A DNA stretch of 64,000 bases, taken from the IMG/VR virus record IMGVR_UViG_3300028832_002797; one strand, 5' to 3'. The position numbers and the translations under genes were made by a program. Below the pieces are notes generated by a model. It searched no databases. It saw nothing but the letters and a program-made list of their open reading frames with translations, and was not told where the DNA came from. Origin of the DNA: a virus. Taxonomy: Duplodnaviria; Heunggongvirae; Uroviricota; Caudoviricetes. Shown here one piece after another: positions 26,426 through 35,132 of this stretch; the stretch's first letter is position 1, and every line of letters starts with the position of its first letter.

Positions 26426-27298
26426 TTAAACGTTTTTAATAAAATCTAGTATATTTATACGAACAGTTTCATAATATTTATCCCAGATTCCCATTATTAA
26501 ATTAATATTTTCGTCACTTACATTATCCATTTTAAGTTTTTTCTTATATGTTGGACATGCATTAAATACGTTTTCAGCCCCAAGTATTGCTTCACATTCA
26601 TATTGTGGGCTTTTGCTAGAACGTGCAATCCAATCGCTGAGCATATATTCTGCCCATCCAAGTAAAGTTTGATTACCATGCTCAGTATTTGGAGTTTCCA
26701 TACCTGTACTAAAATTAAGAATTTTAATATCTTTATGTCCCTGTTTAAATTGACCTGCCAAAAGAATATCTGAACATTCATTAGCCCAGCAACCGCCATC
26801 CATATAAGATAAACCATCTTTTTCAATAACATCAAAATATGTTGGTGCTGCACAAGATGTTAAAACTGCAAATGCTTTATCAACATCTTTATCGCCTAAA
26901 TCCCATACTTTTTCAACAGATTTACCATTCATGCAAGTAGTTGGTATAAAAATAGGTTTTTTCCAATCTGAACATTTACCTTTCAAATTACTCTGTAATA
27001 ATTTTTTAAGATTAGAATTATCATATGTTGGGCAAGACGGTTTTAAACGCTTATACCATGAATACTTTGTAAAAATTTTCTTTAAGTTATTCTTATAAAG
27101 TTCAAATATATCATGTGCCGAATATCCTTCAGCTAAACAAGCAGCAATAATAGAACCTGTACTTGTTCCTGCAAAAGCAGAAGTTAAATCACAAAGTTTT
27201 TTACCAAGATCCTGTTCAAGACGACACATAAAAGCTAATGGGCCAATTCCAAGAGCACCACCGCCCGCAATACTAATACATAATTGTTTCTTTGCCAT
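26426..27298 (-). CDS. Patatin-like phospholipase
   Basis: Oxyanion GGGALG, nucleophile elbow GTSTGS (GxSxG) and catalytic MDGG (DGG) motifs in the canonical order. Confidence 0.75.
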   Translation of the reverse strand: MAKKQLCISIAGGGALGIGPLAFMCRLEQDLGKKLCDLTSAFAGTSTGSIIAACLAEGYSAHDIFELYKNNLKKIFTKYSWYKRLKPSCPTYDNSNLKKLLQSNLKGKCSDWKKPIFIPTTCMNGKSVEKVWDLGDKDVDKAFAVLTSCAAPTYFDVIEKDGLSYMDGGCWANECSDILLAGQFKQGHKDIKILNFSTGMETPNTEHGNQTLLGWAEYMLSDWIARSSKSPQYECEAILGAENVFNACPTYKKKLKMDNVSDENINLIMGIWDKYYETVRINILDFIKNV

Positions 27299-27340
27299 AT
27301 TTTCTCCTATACATTATTTATAAATAGGAGAAAACTTAGA

Positions 27341-27820
27341 TTATGCTAAATTTTTCAATATTGTGGTTTCAAGCTCAAAATCATTCATGGCCTTTTTATA
27401 TTCAAAACTATCTTCATGTCCAGAAAGTCTCGAATATGGAATTCCCATAGAATCCCAGATTCTATGCTGCATAACTATCCAGCCATTCTCAGCATAAAAA
27501 TCTTCCCATCTATTAAGAAATTCAATCAGATCATTTAGCTTAGATTTTGTCAGCCATTCCAACATTTTAAAGACATTATCTTTATGGTCAAAAATCATTA
27601 TTGCACATCTGTCTTTAATGGGCATAAGAGTACATGTGACCATAATTTCAAACTTTTCTTCATCTTCATACCAACTGAGTTCAACCTCAAAACGATTATC
27701 CTTATCACGAAGACAAATACTTTCATGGGTTTGAGAAGTATTTATACTCATGTAATAATTATCTGGTTTAATTCGAAGAATATAGTTTTGAAAATGTTGG
27801 AATGTATATGCGTCAGACAT
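27341..27820 (-). CDS. hypothetical protein (159 aa), AT-rich island
   Basis: ORF track. Confidence 0.4.
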   Translation of the reverse strand: MSDAYTFQHFQNYILRIKPDNYYMSINTSQTHESICLRDKDNRFEVELSWYEDEEKFEIMVTCTLMPIKDRCAIMIFDHKDNVFKMLEWLTKSKLNDLIEFLNRWEDFYAENGWIVMQHRIWDSMGIPYSRLSGHEDSFEYKKAMNDFELETTILKNLA

Positions 27821-28266
27821 TACTTCTTACCTAGAAGCTTATTAAAGGCATTTACGAGCTTACTGATTTCGTCTTCACCGTGTGTAGGTTCATAATCAAT
27901 ACTTGTATCATAAACAACACGACGTTGAACTGGTTCTTTCTTCATTTTTTCCTTATGTTCATTCATAAGTTTTTCAGCAAGTTCATATGACGGAATATAA
28001 AATCCAACATCCCATGAAGCATCTTTTGAACAAATATGAGGTTTAGATTCTTCTTTCCAAAGACAGCTATCACGGTATCTTAAGTATCGTTCCATATTAT
28101 AGGTCAAACGAAACCAAGTCTTCGAACCACTATTTATCTTACGGTATTCAACAACAAACCATGACGGATCTCGGTTTGCAATACTTGGAGAAACGTCAAA
28201 ATCGAACGTCGGATATTCAAATGTACCAAGTTCTATAATACGATATTCATAAAGTGATTTTTCCAT
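27820..28266 (-). CDS. hypothetical protein (148 aa)
   Basis: ORF track. Confidence 0.4.
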   Translation of the reverse strand: MEKSLYEYRIIELGTFEYPTFDFDVSPSIANRDPSWFVVEYRKINSGSKTWFRLTYNMERYLRYRDSCLWKEESKPHICSKDASWDVGFYIPSYELAEKLMNEHKEKMKKEPVQRRVVYDTSIDYEPTHGEDEISKLVNAFNKLLGKK

Positions 28267-29378
28267 TAGAATACATATCCTTCACGAGACTTACCAGTAG
28301 TAACATTACGAAGAATGGTTGGAATGATTTCACCAGCCTTCGTAATAATGACTTCATGACCAATTTCAATGCCCATATCTTCGAGCATATCGATATTGCA
28401 CATATTTGCACGCTGAACAGTAGTTCCACAGAGTTCCACAGGTTCAACGACAGCGACCGGAGTCAAATTACCATTCTTAATAGACCATTCAATATTGATG
28501 AGCTTGGTCTGAGCAAGAGAATACTTCGGCTTCAAAGCGATAGAGAATTCCGGGAGGTAATTCGTTTCAAGATCTTCATAATCGATAACAGAAGTCTTCC
28601 AAACAAGACCGTCAATCTGATAATCACGTTCTTCATGCCAAACCTGGTCCATAATGGCAACAGCCTTATCGCCAGTCATAGAGTCGAGGTCATAAATCTT
28701 GTATTCAACAACATCGAAACCCTGCTTGGTCATCCAGTCGAGCATATCGACCTGAGTATGAAATTTAGTGTTCTTCGGGCGAGCTTCATAAACCTTGATA
28801 TTGAGCTTGTCACAATCAGAACCATCGAGATGCTTCATAATACCAGAAGCGGCATTACGACAGTTCTTGTACTTCGGGAAGAACTGTTCCTTAACGGACT
28901 TGTAGAGCAAAATTTCACCACGGATAGTTCCGGTAAATTCCTTATCCTTAAGCTTCTTGACAGCACCTTTCATTTTGAGGATATTATCGGTAATGTCATC
29001 ACCGTATTCACCGTCACCGCGAGTAATGCCCTGAACGAGCTTACCGTCAACGTATTCAAGAGCAATAGAACAACCGTCAAGCTTCAAAGGAGCGACGACA
29101 AATTCATGACCGGCCATACGACACTTATTGAACCAGACGTTCATTTCTGGAGCAGTATTGGCCTTATTCTGAGAGCCCATGATAATGTTGTGCTTTACCT
29201 TTTCAAATCCTTCGGTATGATCCTTACCGACTTCCTTCAAAACGTCAGAATCAGGATAATTGGTTTTGAGTTCGTCCCAGAGAGCATCGAATTCGATGTC
29301 GCTCATGATCGGGGTGTCGGAGTTGTAGTAGGCGTCTTGTGCCTGGCGGATTTTAGCTTCAAGTTCGTTCTTATTCAT
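28266..29378 (-). CDS. ligA: NAD-dependent DNA ligase, N-terminal fragment (domain Ia + adenylation NTase + OB fold)
   Basis: Collinear with LigA residues about 1-400. KxDG motif PLKLDGCSIALEY, ITRGDGEYGDDIT, CRNAASG, DGLVWK and VIITKAGEIIP. Ends at the OB-fold boundary. ATG placed at 29376-29378, 6 nt after a promoter box. Confidence 0.85.
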   Translation of the reverse strand: MNKNELEAKIRQAQDAYYNSDTPIMSDIEFDALWDELKTNYPDSDVLKEVGKDHTEGFEKVKHNIIMGSQNKANTAPEMNVWFNKCRMAGHEFVVAPLKLDGCSIALEYVDGKLVQGITRGDGEYGDDITDNILKMKGAVKKLKDKEFTGTIRGEILLYKSVKEQFFPKYKNCRNAASGIMKHLDGSDCDKLNIKVYEARPKNTKFHTQVDMLDWMTKQGFDVVEYKIYDLDSMTGDKAVAIMDQVWHEERDYQIDGLVWKTSVIDYEDLETNYLPEFSIALKPKYSLAQTKLINIEWSIKNGNLTPVAVVEPVELCGTTVQRANMCNIDMLEDMGIEIGHEVIITKAGEIIPTILRNVTTGKSREGYVF

Positions 29379-29384
29379 GTTATA

Positions 29385-29397
29385 CAATATAGTAAAA
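29385..29397 (-). promoter_or_regulatory. Promoter-like box (minus-strand TTTTACTATATTG) 6 nt upstream of the ligA-N ATG
   Basis: Plus strand reads caatatagtaaaa. Followed upstream by hairpin gggccttgtcaaccc. Confidence 0.45.
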
Positions 29398-29654
29398 AAT
29401 ATGGGCCTTGTCAACCCATTTTTTCTAAAGCATTGAGAATACAAAAATCATGCTTAAATGCAAGATTTTCTTTTTCAACGTCCATATCGTATTTCTTGTC
29501 ACCCATTTGGATAATCTTATAAGAAGAATTTGCAATATGAGTATCGCTTTCTCGCGTCCACGAATACGTATAGCCACCAATCAGTTCTTGTTTAAGGGTT
29601 CTCCGTATAAGTCCATGAATATAACAATCACAGTCGTCTTTAACACCATCTTTG

Positions 29655-30053
29655 TCAATTATTGTTACTAGAATCATTCAGATTACACTCCATTTCGTAA
29701 ATATCTGTCTGGTTCAGAATATATAACTGAGCTTTCTTGAAATCCGTACCGTATTTCAGAAACATGTCATAAAGTACATCGGTAGTGACATCCATTCCTG
29801 GATGTTTATCATAAAACTCAATAATACTATAATTCGGTTTCATGCCGGTTTCGAGAATATACGACATTCCATAAACCCACAAGTCTTCGACACGCATTCC
29901 GTTTCGAATAATACTCTGTGCCCATTCATTACAACGTTTTTTATCTACATTACCAGTCCGGGCTTTCTCTTCGTAAAAACAATAACGCATTACGTCTGTT
30001 GCATAATCAGCCCAGTCGTCAACGTCTTTAAAATACTCTGAAAATGTCGACAT
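29655..30053 (-). CDS. hypothetical protein (132 aa)
   Basis: ORF track. Confidence 0.4.
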   Translation of the reverse strand: MSTFSEYFKDVDDWADYATDVMRYCFYEEKARTGNVDKKRCNEWAQSIIRNGMRVEDLWVYGMSYILETGMKPNYSIIEFYDKHPGMDVTTDVLYDMFLKYGTDFKKAQLYILNQTDIYEMECNLNDSSNNN

Positions 30054-30382
30054 TATAAAGACTCCAATGCTAATAAAGAATAAAAATAATTAGTAAATGA
30101 GGCACGTTGTTCTTTATCGTCTAATTTAAACTTCATTTTGTTTATTTCAACTGTACATGGAAATCTAACATGTACTGAATTAGACTGTTTTTTTGGCTTA
30201 GGTTTCTGTCCCCAAATTTTTTCGCCCTTACGCTTAGACGGAGGAGCTGGTGTATAACAGAAATTTTCTACGATATACAAATCCATCGCGATAGGTTCTC
30301 TACTATGCCAAAAATTATAGCCATAGTGAATACCCGTAACACTATATGTCGAACCGTTAACTTTAACTTTTACTATTGCCAT
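30053..30382 (-). CDS. hypothetical protein (start moved to ATG 30380-30382; the upstream part of the track ORF is the regulatory cassette)
   Basis: The cassette (promoter box + hairpin) would otherwise be translated. Confidence 0.4.
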   Translation of the reverse strand: MAIVKVKVNGSTYSVTGIHYGYNFWHSREPIAMDLYIVENFCYTPAPPSKRKGEKIWGQKPKPKKQSNSVHVRFPCTVEINKMKFKLDDKEQRASFTNYFYSLLALESL

Positions 30383-30386
30383 ACGT

Positions 30387-30421
30387 ATAATATAGAAAAA
30401 GGGTCGACTTATGTCAACCCT
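30387..30421 (-). repeat. 35-nt terminator-promoter cassette, copy 1 (ataatatagaaaaagggtcgacttatgtcaaccct)
   Basis: Identical 35-mer recurs at 31092..31126. Confidence 0.7.
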
Positions 30422-30638
30422 CATAATTCGGGTACATTCTGCAAGTGTCCCAAATATTTGCTTGTTCTTCATCTGACAAATAAATCATCTGGTCTTCTGA
30501 AACCGGCTTTCCTTCCAGTCGATTCATGAATGAATTACGCATTTTTAAAATAGCATCTTGTCGTTCATCAATGCCGTTGATACACATGTCGAATTTTTCA
30601 GCCAGCTGTTGTGCTTTGGATTTCATTTTTGTTCTCCA

Positions 30639-31067
30639 TTAATAAATTTCTCTTGTATAAAATTCTTTAGTAGCCTCTTGCATAGCAACAGCTTTCCAAT
30701 CCGATACGGTTCTGGTATTTATCCATTTATCCATATCATCAATCATGCATTGGGCTTTAGTCTTAAAACCAACAGACTTCAACAATTCACGTTGATGCCA
30801 TTCTTCAAGTCTACGCTTTTCATTATTTTGCTTTGCTTTGTATGCCAAAACTGCTGCTTCACCCAGGACTTTTAGTCTTTTTTGCTTTTCTGCAACAGTT
30901 TCCGTATTTGACAAAAGTTCATCAAATTCTTCAATCAGCTTTCCAAGCTTGTAATCTACATTATTTTGATAATCTTTATGGAAATTGCAATTTAACAAAC
31001 CCTGCATGTACAGAATAACTGCACCTGTAAGAAAGACACAAATTGCGGTAATGATGATTGTTGCCAT
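30639..31067 (-). CDS. membrane-anchored coiled-coil protein (142 aa)
   Basis: N-terminal TM helix. SD aaggag upstream. Confidence 0.45.
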   Translation of the reverse strand: MATIIITAICVFLTGAVILYMQGLLNCNFHKDYQNNVDYKLGKLIEEFDELLSNTETVAEKQKRLKVLGEAAVLAYKAKQNNEKRRLEEWHQRELLKSVGFKTKAQCMIDDMDKWINTRTVSDWKAVAMQEATKEFYTREIY

Positions 31068-31091
31068 TATAAACTCCTTTTGTTTATGTTC

Positions 31092-31126
31092 ATAATATAG
31101 AAAAAGGGTCGACTTATGTCAACCCT
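31092..31126 (-). repeat. 35-nt terminator-promoter cassette, copy 2 (identical to 30387..30421)
   Basis: Exact repeat. Hairpin gggtcgac-ttat-gtcaaccc lies downstream of the flotillin stop. Confidence 0.7.
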
Positions 31127-31151
31127 TTTATTTTTATAGGAGAAATCCTGA

Positions 31152-32801
31152 TTAGCGGCGGCGACGACGCGTTGCTTCGGAAATGATGGACGGATCGTTC
31201 ATCAAATCTGCGAGGTTGCGACCGATAGAAGAAGTATTAAATGCGGCAGATTCCTTAGTCGGATCTTCCTTCGGCTGTGGAGTTTCCGGACGAGCTTCGT
31301 CCTTGGCTTCGTTTACGACTTCAGCTTCAGCCTTTTCAACCTTCGGAGCGCCGGAAACACCAGCGAGTCGGGCACCGAACATAGAACCGAGAACGGTCTT
31401 AAGGTCCATACCGAGAGAATCGGTCAAACCGCTAGAAATCTGAGTAAGCGTCTTAGTAATATCGCCGGTAAGCTTTGCGGTACCACTTTCACCGTACATG
31501 TTGATGTTACCAATCTTTTCCATCGGCTTAGCAACTGCGGCAGCGACAGCCGGGAGCTGTTCGAAATACTTTTCGATGGTCTTGAGCTGCATTTCCTGAC
31601 GAGCTGCGTCACCATACTTCTTCATGGCTTCAGCCTTCTGGTCAAGAGCTGCTGCTTCTGCAAGACCCTTAGCCTTTACAGCATCAGCCTCAGCTTCACC
31701 TTTAGCCTTAGTAGCTGCAGCTTCAGCGAAAGCCTTTTCCTTATCAGCTTCAGCCTTGGCGATAATTGCCTTAGCTTGCTGCTGCTGGGTAAAGAGTGCT
31801 GCTTCAGCTTCCTTCTGCTGCTTATAAAGTTCAGCATCAGAACGCTGCATCTGAGCCTGCTTATCGGCTTCAGCCTTCTTCTGAATTTCAGCTTCAAGTT
31901 CCTTCTGACGGACAGCTACCATACGTTCGCGAATTTCAATCTGCTTTTCCTGCTTTGCAACTTCTGCAGCTGCTGCGGTAATATTGATGGTCTTCTGCTG
32001 TTCCTGCTTCTGAATTTCATAAGCGGCATCAGCTTCGGCCTTCTTAGTATCAGAAATTCGCTTAAGGTCAGCCTTCTTAACTTCGAGGTCATTCTGCTTC
32101 TGAGCGATTTCAAGGTTTGCTGCAACCTGAGCGTCGTTTGCGGTCTTTGCTGCTTCAGCTTGAGCAATCTTCACGTCACGTTCTGCATTTGCTCGAGAAA
32201 TTGATGCAGCCTTCTGAATAGCCACTGCCTTATCGACACCGAGGTTTTCAATAACCTTACCGTCATCGGAGAAGTTCTGAATATTGAAGGTCTTAACGAT
32301 AATACCGAGTTTTTCAAGGTCTGGAATAGCATTTTCGAGAACCTTTTCAGAAACCTGCTTTCGGTCCGTAACCATGTCGACCAGATTCATCTGACCAACA
32401 ATCTCACGCATATTACCCTCAAGCACGTCAACAATCATCGCCTTAATCTGTTCAATCGGTTTATTGAGGAAGTTCTGTGCTGCTTTCTTAATTGCTTCAG
32501 GTTCATCAGAAATCTTCGCATTAACAACAGCGTCAACTGTTACATTAATGTAGTCCTTGGTCGGAACTGCCTGCTTAGTCTTGACGTCAATCGGAATCAA
32601 CTTCAAGCTAAGAACGTCAGCACGTTCAAGGAACGGGATCTTGAAACCGGCATGTCCGATAATTGTTCGAAGCTGTCGGAAACCCGAAATAATAATTACT
32701 TCATCCGGCGCCGCCTTAATGTAAGACGTAATGAAGAGGATAACGAGGAAAAGTACGAGCAGGCCGATACCCGCACCGATGAGGATATTTGAACTAATCA
32801 T
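31152..32801 (-). CDS. Flotillin-like SPFH/Band-7 domain protein with long Ala/Lys/Glu coiled coil
   Basis: N-terminal TM helix, then an SPFH core (PDEVIIISGFRQL...). About 250 aa of AEA/KQ-rich coiled coil. Size 549 aa, like bacterial FloT/YqiK. Confidence 0.65.
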   Translation of the reverse strand: MISSNILIGAGIGLLVLFLVILFITSYIKAAPDEVIIISGFRQLRTIIGHAGFKIPFLERADVLSLKLIPIDVKTKQAVPTKDYINVTVDAVVNAKISDEPEAIKKAAQNFLNKPIEQIKAMIVDVLEGNMREIVGQMNLVDMVTDRKQVSEKVLENAIPDLEKLGIIVKTFNIQNFSDDGKVIENLGVDKAVAIQKAASISRANAERDVKIAQAEAAKTANDAQVAANLEIAQKQNDLEVKKADLKRISDTKKAEADAAYEIQKQEQQKTINITAAAAEVAKQEKQIEIRERMVAVRQKELEAEIQKKAEADKQAQMQRSDAELYKQQKEAEAALFTQQQQAKAIIAKAEADKEKAFAEAAATKAKGEAEADAVKAKGLAEAAALDQKAEAMKKYGDAARQEMQLKTIEKYFEQLPAVAAAVAKPMEKIGNINMYGESGTAKLTGDITKTLTQISSGLTDSLGMDLKTVLGSMFGARLAGVSGAPKVEKAEAEVVNEAKDEARPETPQPKEDPTKESAAFNTSSIGRNLADLMNDPSIISEATRRRRR

Positions 32802-32838
32802 TTGTGTTCCTTTTGTTGAGTTTTTATTTGTTAAGAGC

Positions 32839-33579
32839 TTAATCGTTCAGCCATGAGTTCTCCATTGCAATGAAGACACAGCAGATTACGATAATAACCG
32901 TTGAGAAAATAAGCCAGAAGTAAAGTACAGTGTGTTTCCAACTGAATGACTCTACCGCCTGGTCAATGCGTACACCATCTCGATATTCAGCGTCATTCAT
33001 CCGATGATTATCAATATTGGCATAAACAGTTCCAGTATAGCTTAAAGACCTACAATAATAAACATATCTCTTATTATGAGCGAAATTAATCGTCTTTACA
33101 TAATGACCTTCCGGCAATTTCGGGAATTGACTGTAATAAAAGTCCTTCTTGATGAAATTGACCTTATCAACAGCCCAATCCTTGGCACCGTGATAGTCCC
33201 AGGTCCAATATACCTTGGTATGACAGCTACGTGTCTTACCAGAACCAGTACAGACGAGCTTTGTGTGCATCGTATAGACCTCAAGCACTCGATGTATCGA
33301 CATATACTGGCCAGGCAAACCGTTGTCCGTAACGCTTCCTATTGCGTTAACAGTGCCATATGCCAAAGTATGCCCAGCATTGGTTTTGAAAGCATATTCA
33401 AACTGTGTGGAATCGTTATCGATCTTTACAGCCTGATTATACTTAGCGTTATGTTCATCCTGCCAAATACCCATCCGGTTCCCGACATAGAAACCTACGC
33501 CGAGGGAGATAAGGGCGAAAATGAGGGCGATAATAACTTCGCGCTGAGTTACTTCAATATTGGTATTACCAAGATACAT
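32839..33579 (-). CDS. membrane protein with TM helices at both termini (246 aa)
   Basis: Hydrophobic segments at N- and C-termini. Confidence 0.45.
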   Translation of the reverse strand: MYLGNTNIEVTQREVIIALIFALISLGVGFYVGNRMGIWQDEHNAKYNQAVKIDNDSTQFEYAFKTNAGHTLAYGTVNAIGSVTDNGLPGQYMSIHRVLEVYTMHTKLVCTGSGKTRSCHTKVYWTWDYHGAKDWAVDKVNFIKKDFYYSQFPKLPEGHYVKTINFAHNKRYVYYCRSLSYTGTVYANIDNHRMNDAEYRDGVRIDQAVESFSWKHTVLYFWLIFSTVIIVICCVFIAMENSWLND

Positions 33580-33583
33580 TTAT

Positions 33584-34135
33584 TTAGTCCTTGAGAAGTC
33601 CAGTAGGTGCGTCAACAGGCGCATTCTCGAATTCGAGGAATTCATAATCCTTTTCTTGATACCCGAGAATGCTTAAAAACATACGAGTCGGGAACATACG
33701 AACATGTTGCTTATATTCACGAACATTCGAATTGTAATACTTACGGTGTGAAGAAATACGGTTTTCAGTCATCGCAAGTTCCGTCATATAACGGTCATAA
33801 TTCTCGATACTGCGAAGCTGAGGATAGCGTTCTACAACGCCCTTGATATATGCAGAAGCATTGACATTGCCGTTGCCTTCACTTGGCGTACGAGCCTGAG
33901 ACAACTGGACAAGCACTTCAGCTTCATGCTTGTTATAGGATTTGACTGCTTCAGCCAAATTCACGAGCAAACCGGATCTACGGTTGTATTCTGCGTTCAA
34001 ATCACTTAGAGAGCTTTCAATAAGCTGTTCCTTTGCGATTGCGGTATTCTGCGAACTCTGAATTCCGAGCACGCCAGCGATGATTGCGGCACCGATGACC
34101 AAAAGGCCTACGAGTAGCATTGTTACGGGTTTCAT
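33584..34135 (-). CDS. LemA-family membrane protein
   Basis: N-terminal TM. Conserved ERYPQLRSIENYDRYMTELAMTENRIS and MFPTRMFLSILGY blocks typical of LemA. Confidence 0.6.
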   Translation of the reverse strand: MKPVTMLLVGLLVIGAAIIAGVLGIQSSQNTAIAKEQLIESSLSDLNAEYNRRSGLLVNLAEAVKSYNKHEAEVLVQLSQARTPSEGNGNVNASAYIKGVVERYPQLRSIENYDRYMTELAMTENRISSHRKYYNSNVREYKQHVRMFPTRMFLSILGYQEKDYEFLEFENAPVDAPTGLLKD

Positions 34136-34144
34136 TGGTTTCTC

Positions 34145-34651
34145 CTATTTGTTTAAAAGTTCAGAATAGTCCTTGATAACCTTGGCAGTGTCGACATCAT
34201 CGACCTGATTATCGTTATCTTCCTTGCCAAGAATAAAATCTTCGTTTCCAAGATATTGGAAAGACCAAGAAATTGTCTTTCCATCATCACTTTCAAGTAA
34301 TGGAACAAGAATATAATACTTGCCATTGAATTTCTTATTCTTATCCTGCAATTTCTTCAGAATATCGATAGCCGATTGCTTGATAATCATATTTCGAATA
34401 TCAAGAATATCTTTTTCGGTAAGACGGTTCAAACTATCTGTATATGACCAAAATACGAGCTTATCGTAACGGAACCATTCGGCAACGACCGAGCCGTAAT
34501 TCTCTCGCATATAGCTTGTAACGGTTCGTTCTTCCTTCTTCTTTTCGTTTGTCTTTTCGTAATAGTCAATATAGGCCCTAGCAGTAAGGCGATTAACCAC
34601 AATAGTCCAGATTGTCAAGAAAATTACGCCTGTGATAACAAATGCAACCAT
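34145..34651 (-). CDS. membrane-anchored protein (168 aa)
   Basis: N-terminal TM helix. Confidence 0.4.
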   Translation of the reverse strand: MVAFVITGVIFLTIWTIVVNRLTARAYIDYYEKTNEKKKEERTVTSYMRENYGSVVAEWFRYDKLVFWSYTDSLNRLTEKDILDIRNMIIKQSAIDILKKLQDKNKKFNGKYYILVPLLESDDGKTISWSFQYLGNEDFILGKEDNDNQVDDVDTAKVIKDYSELLNK

Positions 34652-34731
34652 TTAAGTCTCCGTATTTACGTGTCTAAATATAAAAAAAGAGTTGACGCTT
34701 GTCAACCCTTTTTTATCAATTATTTACGGGC

Positions 34732-35103
34732 TTATTCTTTTTTGATGTTGTTTATGGTCTGCATAATCTTATTCTGATCTTCTAATGCCTTTACAAGGTG
34801 TTCCACTTGACAGTTCAACTTAACAAGTTCCTGGTTAACAAGATTAAGTCTATCATCTATGGATTCAAGTCTTGTTTTGTGAATATCCACAATTTCTTCA
34901 AGATTTGAAACTTTAAATTTAAGGCTGAGAATGTCATCATGAATAGATTGACTATCCGCGTCGCGGTTTACTTTTGTTACTTTTCTATCATCTTCAACTT
35001 TTTTAAATTTGAAGTAAAGATATACACATCCCAAAATCACCGCTACTAACGGAAGCGCAGACGGATTTATCGCCGCTATAATCGCTGTTATCGTATTAGT
35101 CAT
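34732..35103 (-). CDS. membrane-anchored coiled-coil protein (123 aa)
   Basis: N-terminal TM helix followed by a heptad-like region. Confidence 0.4.
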   Translation of the reverse strand: MTNTITAIIAAINPSALPLVAVILGCVYLYFKFKKVEDDRKVTKVNRDADSQSIHDDILSLKFKVSNLEEIVDIHKTRLESIDDRLNLVNQELVKLNCQVEHLVKALEDQNKIMQTINNIKKE

Positions 35104-35132
35104 AGTTTGTACCTCCTCAACAAATTACAACA

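Noticed and set aside
28254-29522. 422-aa plus-strand ORF
   Set aside because: Antisense to the ligA N-terminal fragment, whose LigA motifs are unambiguous on the minus strand.
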